Source: Rebecca billardiae RCC1528 (Eukaryota; Protista; Haptophyta). From it: a DNA stretch of 64,000 nt. Numbering within the stretch: position 1 is the first letter of the stretch; each line of letters opens with the position of its first letter. Position numbers and translations under genes: made by a program. Below are positions 35,272 through 48,461 of this stretch, in pieces. The DNA lies in the NCBI GenBank assembly GCA_965240325.2, contig OZ251244.1:186001-250000 (forward strand). Reading direction: 5' to 3'. The notes below the pieces were generated by a model. The model saw only the letters and a list, made by a program, of their open reading frames with translations. It was not told the DNA's origin and did not search any database.

Positions 35272-38200
35272 CTACGACCGTAGTGTCACTTATAATATAT
35301 ATAGAGAGTCACTGGCGGCGTCAGTTGATGGCGGCATCAGCTTCAGACACGCGCGCGTAGTGCATCATCATGCAAGCAGTATCAGATTCTATGAGCCGAC
35401 GGCTCCGATTTATTGGCTGGCTATGATTACATTATGATAACTAGTATGAGTGCATGCGCGCTTAGGGCTCCTGAGCTACGCGGTAAGCCGCTGTATGTAC
35501 ACGACGGCGGGATGACCTATACTGGTATACTGAGTTGTCCACTACTGGTATAGGTCCTCGTAGGCTTACTCGTAGCGCGCGCGCGGCCGCGCGCGTCGTG
35601 GACATGGGCAGACGGTGCCGCACCTTGACTGCCCCCCAGCGCCCTCGGCGGCCGCACGATTGCGAATCTCAGAGTTACTTGCTTGGCCACAGCAGGTCCA
35701 TGCGAGCCGCGCAGCGCAGGTGGATCGCGCTTCAGCAGCTCAAGGCCGCGCTCAAGCTTTACGATCGCGGTGCAGGCTATGCTCTGCCACCAACGCCGAC
35801 TTCGTGTCGACGATCGGGCACTGCCGCCGACGAATCAGGAGACCCGCGTCGTCCTACCTGTGTCGTTAAATCATAGAATGAGTCAATGTTTAGATGAGTT
35901 TTGAAGAAGGCGAAAGACTATCTGGCGGCCGAAACGAGGGACGGCTGTCCAGATGGCGTTCCGGCCGCGAAGTCCGCCGGTGCCTTGCACGAGGGCGGCC
36001 GATCAGTGGCGCCTAGCCCGGTCGTCCGCGCGGTTGTGTCAGCGCACGCGCCATGTGTGTGCCCCCCGCTGTCACGGCCTGTTGTGCGCCAGCACCGTGG
36101 GAGCTCCTCGCCTATTCCTGTCACTCACGGCCAAGCGACGGTGCAGAGATCTTCAGTCCGAGCCCGCGACTGCTGAACTTCTGTGACACGTGTGCGAATC
36201 CTTGCAGGAATGCACGCTCTGCTCCCGCAAATCTACCTGGCGAACGTGCGCTGGTGTCAATGCTTCACGCAGTGCACAAATGCCATGGCGAATCAGTCTT
36301 CCCTGCGTGTCACAGGCCTTGGCGTTTGCACATGGACAAGCTAACGGAGACGAGTCCCGACGAGCTGCGTATGGCTGTGGTCGCATGTAGCGTGGGCGTC
36401 GAACGCCGGAGAAGGTGGTGGCTGAAGGCGATAGAAGTATGCTCTCCCATCGGGTACAAGCCAGGCTTGGAAGACGTCTGCTTGCATCACACACACAGCT
36501 TACGCCGACCCGTGCGACGTGAAGCGCCTCAAGCGTGACGGAAGCAACCCAAGGTGCGCGCAAGGCGTGAGGAGCAGGGTGATCTAACCTTACGCGGGCC
36601 TGCTCATCTAGCAGCGCACTCAGTAGATCGCTACCGTCCCCAGGCGCACGATGACCACCGAATCGTGAATGTGTAGACGCTGACGCGTGCCAGCTTGCGG
36701 CGAGCAGCGACCGTGCCGCGGACTCGGGCCTCGCGCAAGAACAAGCAGGTTTTTTTGGCGCGGAGGACGCTAGCATGACCTGCACGTACAGCGGGGAGAT
36801 TGTTTGCAAGGCGTGCCCTACATACAGCTCGCGTGCCCCTCAGATATCCCGCGCGGAGAACGTCAGCAGCCCAGCATCGCAGTCCGCGCCGCAGCCCCAA
36901 CCACTCAGATGTGCTCCGCCGACAACGGCGGCGCAGCCGTGCTGCTAATGTCGTCGTGCGACGACCGCGACCGCGTGACACGTCACATCCGCACCGAGGC
37001 CGTAGTGATGCATGGTGCGCCTCAGATATGGACTGGGGTGACCGAACTGCATGACGCTACAAGCCGCCCAGCGTCTGACTATAGCAGCGCGCTTTGAATG
37101 GTGCCGTGCAGTGGCCACGGACTACCCGTGCGAGAGCACGGCACGACAGCAGATTCGCGGCACACGCGACACAGCATCAACACCTGCATTGGTCGAGACG
37201 CACCGTAGCAGCTATCCGGAGGGGATCAGAGACATGTCTCACCGCCTCCCTCACACAACGCACCCACAAAGTACCTCAGCAGAGCCGATGGAAGCGGCAC
37301 GCGGATGCCGGATGCTGCGCGGCTCACTCACGCAGACGTTTGCCCGGCGGCGCGCACGATCGCGTGAATTGTGCAGGCCGCAACCCGGTGGACCGACGAG
37401 ACGAGGGCCACGGTGAGGGCACACGGCATCATGCGCAACATGCCCAGCAAGATCCTTACCGATGCACCAGCTTCTATGCCTCGCGGCGGAGGCTCGAAGC
37501 GCCGCCATCACACGAAGCCCCGGCCCCGGGGCTTCACCGCGGACACCAATCACACCAAAGAGATAGCTGTATCATAATGACGCCGCACGCCCGCCGGCGT
37601 GGGGAGGCGCACTCCTGCTGCGCGCGTTGTTCAGGAGCGCAGTATATGTATGGCAGACGACTGCTTTATACCGTATACGCCCAGCCACACGCCCCGTGTC
37701 CGCGGGCGCTCGGCCGCCGCCGGGGCGCAGGGGCCGCCGGGCTGGCCGGCTGAGCCGGGCCGTGTCGGCATGCGCGCCCGTGCCCTCGAGCCAGCAGCAG
37801 GCGCATTGGGCCCATCCGCCCCGAGTCACTCTGGGGGGCAGGAGTAAGCTGCCCTGCACGCAGCACTGGCAGGCACGCGGTGAAGATGAGTACTGAGTAG
37901 GGCGGTCGTCAGGTGAAGACGCAGATCGGCGATCGTGACCCGCGCGACGTGACAGGAGTCCGCGGCCGACCGCTCTTGGTGACTGGCAGCGGGCCTGTGA
38001 CAACACGGGACCAAACGCCAGGGCGCCGGCCCGTGCCTCCACGATGCTAGCATTCTGTTGTCAGCGATGCACTCGTCGACGGCAGACTCGCTCAACGCAC
38101 GACCCGGCCGACGAGGCCGTGGCCGCAAGTAAGCTTGAGTGTCTGCGCTGCGGTCACGACGCTCCAAAACTAATAAACGGCGACGCTCCAACACTGCTAA

Positions 38201-38956
38201 ACGTCGAGCACGCCGAGCCCTCAATCGCAGCCACACGCCTCGATAGTCGATGGCAATGGCTCCCTGCGCAGGCATTGGCATCCGGGTCCCCCGCCCACCC
38301 GCCCGCTCCGCTGGGCACAGCGCGCCGCCAGCGAGCGGTAGGCTGCGGGCGCCCCCGCGCGCGTGGCTCCGCCCACGCCGCCCTGCCACGCAACCCGTGC
38401 GCCGCCGCCACGGGGTTTGTGCCGGGCGCGCGGCCGGGGCGCGACACCCGAAGCTTCGTCTGGCCCTCGCCGACCGCGCGACGCCGCATGCTCGCTCTTG
38501 GGCTGCGCAACCGCGTGCGCCCTGCCCAGCTCGGACTTGCACCCACCGCTCGCTCGATCAAGCGACGTTCCGTAATCCGTCGAAGGCGCGGCAGGGAGTG
38601 TTCTCACAATCTCACGAGTATTGCACGACTGTAGGACGCTAACTTCAAAACGATCTTAAAATACAATCGCCTCGCGCATCAGCGCGGCAGAATCTGCGCC
38701 GAGAACGATTATTGTAGGAGCTTGCTGCCTGCCCTTATTCGCACTACGGTGCCATCATGACAGCGGGCCGATGTCTATGACGCTCCGCGTACGTTTTGCG
38801 CGTTTGAGAACATTTTTTACAGGCTTCGATGGTTCCTCGACGAGACTCGAAAGGTCGCCCAGTTCGGTTGGCAGCGGCCAAACTTACTCGTACCATACCG
38901 CGCTGCCAGCGTCCACCCTTCGCCCTGCGTGCCCCCTACGATTCCGCGAGCGCGCG

Positions 38957-39640
38957 ATGTCCACCGAGGGCGCCAGCCCGCAGAGCCCCGGCACGTCCGC
39001 GCTGATCATCATAGACATGAGCGTCGAGCAGGTCGCCGCGCTCACCTACCAACGTGCCGAGACGATCGACACCATTCGAGCCCTCCTCGCGAGCTGCACG
39101 GCCGGCGTCGCCACGCCGCCGTTTGATCTCGTCGTCGATTCGCGGCTGTGGATCGAGAGCGCCAGACAGACAACGTTGTGGTCCGTGCACGCTGAGGTGG
39201 GGCGGGCGAACGCCCCCGGCGCTGAGCTCATCCCCGAGCTGCGCGAGCCCTTTCGTGCGATCCCGGAGACGTCGAGATGTTTCGATCCAAAGCTGAACTA
39301 CTCGTCGTTTGCGTCTGGCACGCGGCTCGAGGCGTCGCTGCGCGAGCACGAGGTCACGCACGTGTTCCTGGCGGGGATCAACACGGACTACTGCGTCTTC
39401 GCCACGGCGCTGGATTCCTTCCAGCGCGGCTTCGAGACCCGCGTGATCGCCGACGCGGTCTCGACCGTGTCGGGCGCGGCCGCGCACCGCGAGGCGCTCG
39501 CGCGCACGCGCGCGCACTTTGGGCCGCACGCGGTCGTGCGCGCTGCGGACGTGCTCGAGCGCGGCGCGGCGGCGCCCACCCCCGAGAGCTCGGGCTCGGG
39601 CTCGCGCGCCAAGCGTGCGCGAGAGGCTGCATCCGACTAG
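38957..39640 (+). CDS. Isochorismatase/cysteine hydrolase family protein, single exon
   Basis: ALIIIDM (catalytic Asp), K.NYSSF (Lys), LAGINTDYCVFATALDSFQRGFETRVIADAV (Cys). Confidence 0.9.
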   Translation: MSTEGASPQSPGTSALIIIDMSVEQVAALTYQRAETIDTIRALLASCTAGVATPPFDLVVDSRLWIESARQTTLWSVHAEVGRANAPGAELIPELREPFRAIPETSRCFDPKLNYSSFASGTRLEASLREHEVTHVFLAGINTDYCVFATALDSFQRGFETRVIADAVSTVSGAAAHREALARTRAHFGPHAVVRAADVLERGAAAPTPESSGSGSRAKRAREAASD

Positions 39641-41068
39641 CCTCGCGGTGGTGGGGCTTGGGCTGAGCGAGCAATCTGACCCGAGTCCCGGGCCTTAGTA
39701 ACATTGTCGATGCTGCAGGCGAGACATCGGTCGGAACCCGTGGACGTCCGCGCGTGAGGATTTTTGAAAAGGACTGCTGCGCGCGCTGAAAGGTCAACTT
39801 TTGACTTTTCCAAGGACCAAGGGGGGCGAAGACGGTTGTGATCCAGGCTGGTTCCTCATCAAGTTTTATTATTCCTCGTAGAAGCAGCAGGGTATATCAT
39901 CACACAAATTGAGTGAAGATCGTCCTCGTCGTTGAGCAGAGCACGTGACAAAACTACCGCCTCATGGAAGGCTGGAACCACCTATTGTAGAACCAACCGG
40001 CCCTTGCCTGGTGAATTCGTGGCTGTATGGTTCCAAATCGCCGAACCGATGTCTGAAGAACTAAAAGAACCATCGAATATGACGCGCGCGCTCCGATTCG
40101 CCGACGACACCCGCACCAAATTGCGCACCCGCACTGTTGGCTGCTGTGCAAACGTGACCGCCCAGTCCCGAGCGTCGGCTCGCCGGCTCGGTCAGGAGCG
40201 AGCAAGCAGGATGGCAGCCCCGCGGCTTCGGGCCCGACGGCGCCCCGCGCTGGCCGCGGCGGTCGTGGGCGGCACCTGCGCGCTGCACACACGCCACTGC
40301 GCACGCGCAGCTCATATATGTCGCCCGCCTAAGCTCGCGCGTGGCGGCTGCCCCGCCGATGAAGCTACTCGGCCGACTCGGAGCTGACGCCACGGCCGGC
40401 GCGGACTCCTCGGCCTGGCCGACGCACGGCGGACGCGCACGACGCGACGACGCGCACACCGATGTGTCTCCGGCATTGCTGTCGCCGTGCTGGCCGTGAC
40501 GGCTGGCGAGCACGCAGGAGCGCGCGCCGGGGGCGGCAGCAGCCGAGCCGCATGGCGCCTGCCGCGCAAACAATGCAGCCGCCATCACGATGGGTCCGGG
40601 GGCACTGCGGCGAAGCGCGCGCGCGCGCATGCGCAGGCGTCGTGTGCGCGCACGACGACGTGCAAGGGCGGCGAGTCCGTGCTCACGCGCGGCCGAGCGA
40701 TCGGCTCCCGCCGCCCATCGACTCACGCGCCACGTTTCGCCTCCGCGCCCGCGCCCTCCGCCGCGCCGCGGGCAACCGGGCGTTGCGGCGGCGCAGCGCG
40801 CAGGACTCCCGCCATGGTGGCTCGCGATCCGGTCGGCGCCCAAACTCACGGCCGCCCGGGCGCGGAGCGACGCAGCACTGCAGCAGTGACGAGTCCGGCC
40901 CGGCGACTAATAAGCGGCCCCGAGCACAGCCGCAGCGCCCAGCGGGCGGCTGCCCACCGAAGCTCGTGCGCACTCAAACGCCCCGCCACCCCGTCCGCCC
41001 GCCGCCAAAGGAGGCCGGCCCGTCCGCCAGCGCGCAGCCCGCCCGTTCCTGCCCCGCCCCCGCCCACG

Positions 41069-42843
41069 ATGGTGCGCTTCGTCCCCGAGTGGGCCACGCT
41101 CGACCCGACCGCAATGACCGCCTCCGAGCCCGCGCGCGCCTTCAACCTCCTCAACGGCGCGTGGCACAAGAGCGCCTCGACCGCGCACATCCCTGACCCG
41201 CTCAACGGCGAGCCGTTTGCGCACGTGCCGGACACGCGGGCGGAGGAGATCGGCCCGTTCGTCGCGTCGCTGCGCGCGGTGCCCAAGACCGGGCTGCACA
41301 ACCCGTACCACAAGCCCGAGCGCTACCGCCTCCTCGGCGACGTCTCGGCGCGCGCGGGTGCGGAGATGCGCCGGCCGGAAGTCGAGGAGTTCTTTGCACG
41401 CGCCATCGCGCGCGTCTCGCCAAAGTCGCGGGCGCAGGCGCTGGGCGAGGTGCGGATCTCGCGCATCTTCCTCGAGAACTTTGGCGGCGACCAGGTCCGC
41501 TTCCTCGCGCGCTCCTTTGCCGTCTCGGGCGACCACGGCGGCCAGGCCTCGGCCGGGCATCGCTTCCCCTTTGGCCCGGTCGCCATCGTGACGCCGTTCA
41601 ACTTCCCACTCGAGGTGCGGCGCGTGCGCGGGCGGGGCGTGTGGGTCGTGTGCGCGTGAAGGTGGGGAATGAGCGGCCGCGGGCAGGGTGGCGCGTGCGC
41701 AAGATGGGCCGTCGGGCGTGCCTCGCGCGGCGCGCGCGCGCGCGATCGCGCGCCACTCACGCGCCTCTGCCTCTGCCGACTGCATCGGTGCTGGCTGCCG
41801 CCGCCGCCGCCGCTGCTGCCGCCGCTGCTGCCCCGCGGGTGTGGCACGGGTGCGACGCGCGCCTCACGCGCCGCCGCAGATCCCGTGCCTGCAGCTGATG
41901 GGCGCGCTGTACATGGGCAACAAGCCGCTCGTCAAGGTGCCGCGCGCGCGCGCGCAAGGCGAGCGCGCGCGCGCGGCCGCGGTGTGCGCGCGCGCGCTCA
42001 CGCGCGCGCGCCCACGCCCGCGCGCGGCCGGCTGGGGTGCGCGGCGGCGTTTGCGCGCAGGTGGACTCGCGCGTGTCCGTCGTGTTCGAGCAGTTCGTGC
42101 GCCTGCTGCTGCACTGCGGGTTGCCGCCCACCGACCTCGACATGATCCACTGTGCGCGCACGCACGCACGGCCGCCCGCGCACGCCGCAGCAAAGCCGCG
42201 CGCCGCGCGCGCTCACGCGCCGCGCGCGCCGCCGCCGCCGCCGCGCCGCCGCGCCGTGCGCCGCGTGCGCGCAGGCGACGGCCCGGTGATGAACAAGCTG
42301 CTGCTCGAGGCGCGCCCCGCGTCGACCCTCTTCACCGGCTCGTCGCGCGTCGCGGAGAAGCTCGCCGTCGAGCTGCGCGGGAAGGCGCGCGCGCGCGTGC
42401 CGCGCGCGCCGCCCTTAGCAGGCGCCGCCGCGCCTGCCGCGCGCGCGCGCGCGCGCGGCCAGCGTAGCATGGCGCTTCACGCCGCGCCCCTGCGCCCCGC
42501 GCAGGTCTTCATCGAGGACGCGGGCTTTGACTGGAAGATCCTCGGCCCGGACGTGCCGCCCTCCGCCTCCGCGCGCGAGTTCGTGAGCTGGCAGTGCGAC
42601 CAAGACGCGTACGCGTGCTCGGGGCAGAAGTGCTCCGCGCAGTCCATTCTGTTCTGCCACCAGCGCTGGGAGGTGCGCGCGCGCGCGCGCGCGGGCGCGT
42701 GCGCGCGAGGGGGGCGCGTTGCACGCGCAGATGCGTGCGCGTGCGTGCGCGTGTGCGGGCATGGCGCGTGCGGGGCGGGGGCGTGCGCTGTCTTGGCGGG
42801 CACGGCGCAGCGCAGCGCATCGCTCGCGCATCCGTCCGTGCGT

Positions 42844-42882
<39 letters not shown>

Positions 42883-44582
42883 TACGCGCGTGGCCGCTGC
42901 CGCCGGCCCGCGCACGGCTGCCGCGCGGAAGGTACCGGGGGGCGCGCGCACGCCGCCGCCCCCCTTCAAGACCGCGCGGACACGCACGCCGCGTGCCGTA
43001 TTGCGCGCCGGGGGCACCACACAGCCGGCCGACCGGCGCTCAGGCGCACGCGCACACGCAGCGCGCACGCGCGCCGCGCGCCGCGCTGAGCGCCCGCCGC
43101 GCGCCCGCGCGCCCGCGCGCCGATGCGCCACACGTGCGCCTCAGGCGGCGGGCCTGCTCGAGCGCCTCAAGGAGCTGGCGGCGCGGCGCGGCGTGTCCGA
43201 CCTGACGTGCGGGCCGACGCTCACCGTCTCGAACGACGCCTTCCGCGCGCACGTCGCGCGGCTGCTCGACATCCCCGGGGCAAAGCGTGCGCGCCCACTG
43301 CGGCACCGCGCGCGCCCACTGCGGCACCCAGCCGCGCGCCCACTGCGGCACCGCCGCCCCGCCCACTGCGGCACCCAGCCGCGCGCCCACTGCGGCACCG
43401 CCGCCCCGCCCACTGCGGCACCCAGCCGCGCGCCCACTGCGGCACCGCCGCCCCGCCCGCGCGGCGAGCGCGCACGCCGACTGCCGAGCACGGCCCGCAC
43501 GCGCGCTCACCCCCTCCGCCTCCCCCCGCGCCTCCCGCACCCCCTCCCGGACGCCCCCGGACTCCGGGCGCCCTCCCGGACTCCCGGACTCCTGCCGCAG
43601 TCCTGTTTGGCAACGAGCGGCTGGGCGGGTGCGAGGCCGTGCCTGAGCGCTACGGCTGCATGGCGCCCACCGCCGTCTGGGTGCCGATCGAGCAGATGAT
43701 GGAGGGCGCGCCCGGGCCCGGGGAGAAGGGGGTGGCGCCCGGCTCGCACTTCGAGGCGTGCACGCGCGAGCTCTTCGCGCCCTTCCAGGCGCGCGCGCGC
43801 TCGGCGCGCGGCACGGCGCGCGGCGGCGCGGCGGCGGCCGGGGGCGCGCGCTGGCGGCCAAATAACAAGTGCCCGCGCGCGCGCGCACGGCCGTCCGCCT
43901 CCCCCCACCTCGGCGTTGGCAGGTGGTGACGACGTACACGGACGCGCAGCTGCCGCTGGTGCTGGCGGCGTGCGAGGGCATGAACAACCACCTCACCGCC
44001 GCCATCGTGTCCAACGACGCCCTCTTTGTCAACAAGGCGCGGCGCCACGCGCGCGCACACGCGCGCGCATGCGGCGCGCGCGCGCGCCGCGTGTCGTGCG
44101 CACCGCGGGCACACGCCGTCGTGGGCACGCGCGGCGTGGGTGGCTGGCTGGCACGCGCGGCCCATCCCCGCCCTCGCGCCCGCCCGCCCGCCCTCATCCC
44201 TCCTTCCCCCCCCTCCGCGCGCGCGCACACACGCCGGGCAACACACGCGCGCTTGCGCTTGCAGGTGCTTGGCTCGACTGTCAACGGCACGACTTATGCC
44301 GGGCTGCGCGCGCGCACGACGGGCGCGCCGCAGAACCACTGGTTCGGCCCGGCGGGCGACCCGCGCGCCGCGGGGATCGGCACGCCGGAGGCCATCCGCC
44401 TCGTGTGGTGCGCGCAGCGCACCCAAGAGACCCCCCGGCGGCGCCGCCCGGCGGCCATGCTGATTTGGTGCCCCGCCCTTTTGCCTTTGTTGTGTGTGGC
44501 GCCCCGCAGGTCTTGCCACCGCGAGGTGATCCACGACGTCGGCCCGGTGGACGAGGGCTGGACGCTGCCGCCGCCGTCCTGA
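41069..44582 (+). CDS. ALDH12A1: Delta-1-pyrroline-5-carboxylate dehydrogenase, plant-type ALDH12; 10 exons
   Basis: FLENFGGDQVRFLARSF, TPFNFPLE|IP, LFTGSSRVAEKL, EDAGFDWKILGPD, DQDAYACSGQKCSAQS, VNGTTYAGLRARTTGAPQNHWFGPAGDPRAAGIGTPEAI. Introns at 41615-41879, 41937-42060, 42152-42274, 42385-42504 (GC), 42673-43144, 43287-43600, 43789-43922 (GC), 44037-44264 (GC) and 44408-44509. Confidence 0.95.
43290..43455. repeat. Intronic minisatellite, core GCCCACTGCGGCACC, ~7 copies
   Basis: Alternating ~19-23-bp units in ALDH12 intron 6. Confidence 0.85.
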
Positions 44583-45989
44583 GGCTCCGTGCTGAGCTCG
44601 CGGGGCGAGCGCCGCTCTCCCTGACCAAGAAACGTCGCCGCGCCGGCGCCGTCAAGACCAGCCGCACACGCGCACACACGCGCCCGGCCGCACCGTCGGG
44701 CCGCCGCGCGGGTGACGCACGCCGCACACTGCCACTGCACGCCAGCCACCGCACACTCGGCGCCAACGCGCGCTGCGAGCCGCAACCCCAAGTGGTCGCG
44801 TCGCACCCGCCGCGGCACCCGCACCCATCGTCGAGTCTGTCACTGCCCACCTGCCCTGCTCCGTGTGGGCGCTCAGCACCGCAGCGCCGCGGTGCCGCCC
44901 GGAACTGTCCGTGTGGCCGGCCTCACGGAATGACGTAACCTGTGACGACTACTGCCCACGACAGCGCACTGTCGCGCGGCGGGGGCGGGCGGGTCCTTAG
45001 CCGGCTCGGGCCCGGCGGCCGACCTGCGACCTCCCGCAGTCCGCACCGGCCCACCTGACCTGCCTCGTCGTCGCGCCATCTAACTGCGCCGCCCTCAACT
45101 CGGCACGAGATCTTTACTGCCGCCGTCGTCTGCGCGGGACGGCCGCTGCTGCTGATGAGGGCCGGATGACGATGATGCTGCGCGCGCGGCGCTATATATA
45201 TGTAATATTCGATCGTCAGCACTTATATCGCATACCAGCGCTCCGCAAGCGTATCGCCGACCCCTGCCTGTGCTGCCCGTCCGCGCAGTCACCTGACTCC
45301 TGACGGACTCAGACGCCAGACTGGCACCGCTGACCGGCCAGCCCGTGCCGCGTGACCGTCATTAATCCGGGTCTCACCCGATCCGATTCACGGCCGGCTC
45401 GTGGCGCAACGAGCGGTCTGCCCTGCCAGTGCTGTCAGCTGCAGCGGCGCAGACCTGCCAAGCCCGGGCAGCAGCCAGCGGCGCGAGCCCCGCGGCCCCC
45501 GCGGCGCATGCAGCAGCTGGCCGCCGCACCGCGGCGGGGCCGCCCGAGTCCGTGCCCTCAGGCGCCGTGCGCGCGCGGCCTGAGCCGCCCTGAGCGTGCG
45601 GCCCGAGCCGCAGCAGCTGACAGCACTGGGCGGGGCAGCGGCCGCGCTCCCGGCTGGCGGCTGCACGCGGGGGCTGCCACGCCCGGCTGCCCGTGCGCTC
45701 GGCCCGAGCCGCTGTTGCTGCGACCCGGGTGCCGCGCCGGCCGTCATTGACGGCCGCGGAGTGCGCGCGCGCCGTGTGTGCGCCGGCCGGCGCTGCTGTG
45801 CTGCATGCGTGCGCCCAGCGGTGAGTAGCTGCCGCCGCCGCCTGTCCGGCTGCGGGACCCCCGCGGGAGATACGATCTCCCCCCGGGCGCAGGCCCCTCC
45901 CTCAGCCCCCGCCTCCGTCTGCAAGCGGCCATCGCGGCAAGCCCGCCCGCAGAGAGCAGAGCGGATCGGAAGAGCGATGGGCCTGCCGC

Positions 45990-46037
45990 GTCCAGGATGG
46001 CTGCCGTCCAGGATGGCTGCCGTCCAGGATGGCTGCC
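45990..46037. repeat. 16-bp tandem repeat GTCCAGGATGGCTGCC x3
   Basis: Three exact copies downstream of the bZIP stop codon. Confidence 0.9.
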
Positions 46038-46436
46038 CCATGCATCGCTGACGCCCCCGCCGCCGCAGCAGGGCGCGGTGAGCCGCACGCCCACCGCCAG
46101 CGGGCGAGGGGTGCGAGGGGCTGCGCCCTGCGACCCCCGTGCGTGGGCGGCCACGCCGCCGCCGCCGCCGCAGCCGCAGCAAGCGCACAGGCCATGCGCC
46201 CGCCGCGGCCGAGCGGCCGCGCGCGCCGACTGGCCGCGCGGGCGGCCCGCGCGCCCCCGCCGCGCGCTTGGGCTGCCGCCGCCCTCGCGCGGAGCAGCAG
46301 CGGCCGGCCGGCCGCACGCGCGGCGCCCACGCGCAGGTCGCGCTCGGCAGCCGGCACGGCCCCAGCCGGCGCGCACAGCCGCGCCCCCGCGCCCGCGCCT
46401 CCCCCCAGCGCGCGCCGCCCGCCCTCGCGCCGCCCC

Positions 46437-48429
46437 TCACGCCGCCTTCTCCCAGTCGAAGGCGTTGAGCAGCTCCATGCGCTTGCGGTTCTTCTCCACC
46501 CAGCTCAGGAAGCGCGCCGTCTGCTGCGGCGTCAGGATCCGCCGCAGCCCGTCCGTAACCGACTGCGAGGACGCGGAGTGCTCGGAGATGCGCGCCCTCA
46601 GCTCGGTGAGAATGTTCTCGCACGCGAGGAGAAGCTCGCGGTCCTGCGCGCGCAGAGCGCAGAAGGGGGCGGGGGTGGGGGTGGCGGGGGCAGCGGGGAG
46701 GGGTGGGCACCGCGCGGTGAGCCAAGCCGTTCCGCAGGCCGTTGCGCAGGCCGTTACGCAGGCCGTTACGCAGGCCGTTACGCAGGCCGTTACGCACCTT
46801 GCGGATGGCGTCCCGGTGCTCGATCAGGCGCTCGCGCTGCTGCGGCGTGATGCCCAGCTCCGCCGTGAGCGTCTCGAGCAGGTGCGCCCCCGCCGAGCTG
46901 TCCCGCCGCTGCCGCTTTGTGAGCGGACCGCCATCGCTCGCTGCGCGCCGGGCGCCGGGCGCGGCGCGCGCGTGCGGCGGCGCGGGCGGGTGTGTGGCGG
47001 CGCGCGGCGGGGGCGCGCGGGGCGAGGCGGGGTGAGTGCGTGGCGCGCGCAGCGCGGCACTGCGCGGCCGGGCGGCCGCGCGCGCAGCGCGCAGGGCACG
47101 CCGCGTGCGCGCGCAGCAGCAGCCGCGCAGCAGCAGCAGCAGCACAGGCCGCGGCGGCGCGCGGCGCGCGGCGCGCGGCGCGCGGCGCGGCGCCCGCACG
47201 TGCGCCGCTGTTCGCAGCCGCCATCGCCGCGCTCGGGCCGAAGGCCATCTGCACGGGCGTGCCCGGCTGCAGCACCTCCTGGATGCAGTCCAGATAGTCC
47301 GAGATCGTGTCGAACCGCTTCCGCTTCGACGTGACGAACTGCTCGATCGTCGACTGCAGCTCGGGCGTGAGCCGCTCGACCGACGGGCGGCGCAGCAGCG
47401 CGTCCTGAGGGATGCGGGTAGGGGTAGGGGTAGGGGTAGGGGTAGGGGTACGGGCACGGGTACGGGTAGGGGGTTCGGCTGAGATGGGGCGTGTGAGGGA
47501 GAGTTCCGAGCCGCAGCCGCAGCCGCAGCCGCAACCGCAGGGTGTGCAGCCGCCGGGTGTGTGTAGGGGCTAGGGTTAGAGCTCAGGGGTTAGGGTTAGG
47601 GTTAGGGTTAGGGTGTGGCTGTGGCAGCGCACCATCTGCGAGAGGCCGGACGCCTCCTCCTGCTTCAGCCCCGGCGTCTCCGCGACGCCAGGCTTGGCCG
47701 GCGGCGGCGCGGCCGGCGCGGCCGGCGCAGCCGGGCTCGCCGTCGCGCCCTCCACCTCCACCGCCGCCTCGAGCGACTGCGGACGCACACCGCACACCAG
47801 CGCACACACACCCGCAGCGCAGCGGCGCAGCGCAGCAGCGGGCGCGCGGGTGTGTCGGTGTGGCGCGCGCGGATTGGCGGCGGGTTGGACGGTCGGCGGG
47901 CGCTGAGCGGCCCGGGCAGGCAGCCCTGGCCCCGTGCCGCGCCGCCCCGTCCGCGCGCGCCCGCCGCGCTGTGGCGCGCGTGCCATGTGCACCGCGGCCG
48001 GGGGCGCGCGGAGGAGCGGGGCAGCGCGCGGCGCCGGCTGGCAGTCCGCCAGGCAACGCCGCCTGCGCCCCGCCCCCCGCCCCGCCCCCCGGCCTGGCCC
48101 CCGCGGCACACGGCCGCGCACACACGCCCGCCCGCACGCGCGCGCGCACCTTGAGCTCCGCGCCGAGCTGCGCCAGCTGCTCCTCCAGCCCGGACACGTA
48201 CTCCTTCTTCCGCAGCCGGGCGATACGAGCGCTCTCCGCCTTGCGCTGCATGCGCTGAAGCAATTTGTCTTCCTTGGTGAGGGGCGTGGAGGGTCCGCCG
48301 CCGGGGGTGGTGGGGGCGAGGGCGAGGCCGTCGTCGTCCGAGTCGTCGTCGTCGTCCTCCGCGGCGGCCGCGGCCGCGGCGCCTTGCCTCGTCAGCGTCC
48401 CCACCGGCGCGGCCGCCGCCGCAGGCTTG

Positions 48430-48461
<32 letters not shown>

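Noticed and set aside
39945-39995. QNYRLMEGWNHLL resembling a MULE transposase motif
   Set aside because: Isolated short peptide bounded by stops, with no other supporting motif or TIRs.
43290-43455. CRISPR-like appearance of repeated GCCCACTGCGGCACC units
   Set aside because: Spacers are only a few bases long and themselves repeat. The array is intronic in a eukaryotic gene and no cas genes are present.
47590-47613. True chromosome end or misjoin at the TTAGGG repeats
   Set aside because: Only four units, and the bZIP exons continue in frame on both sides.
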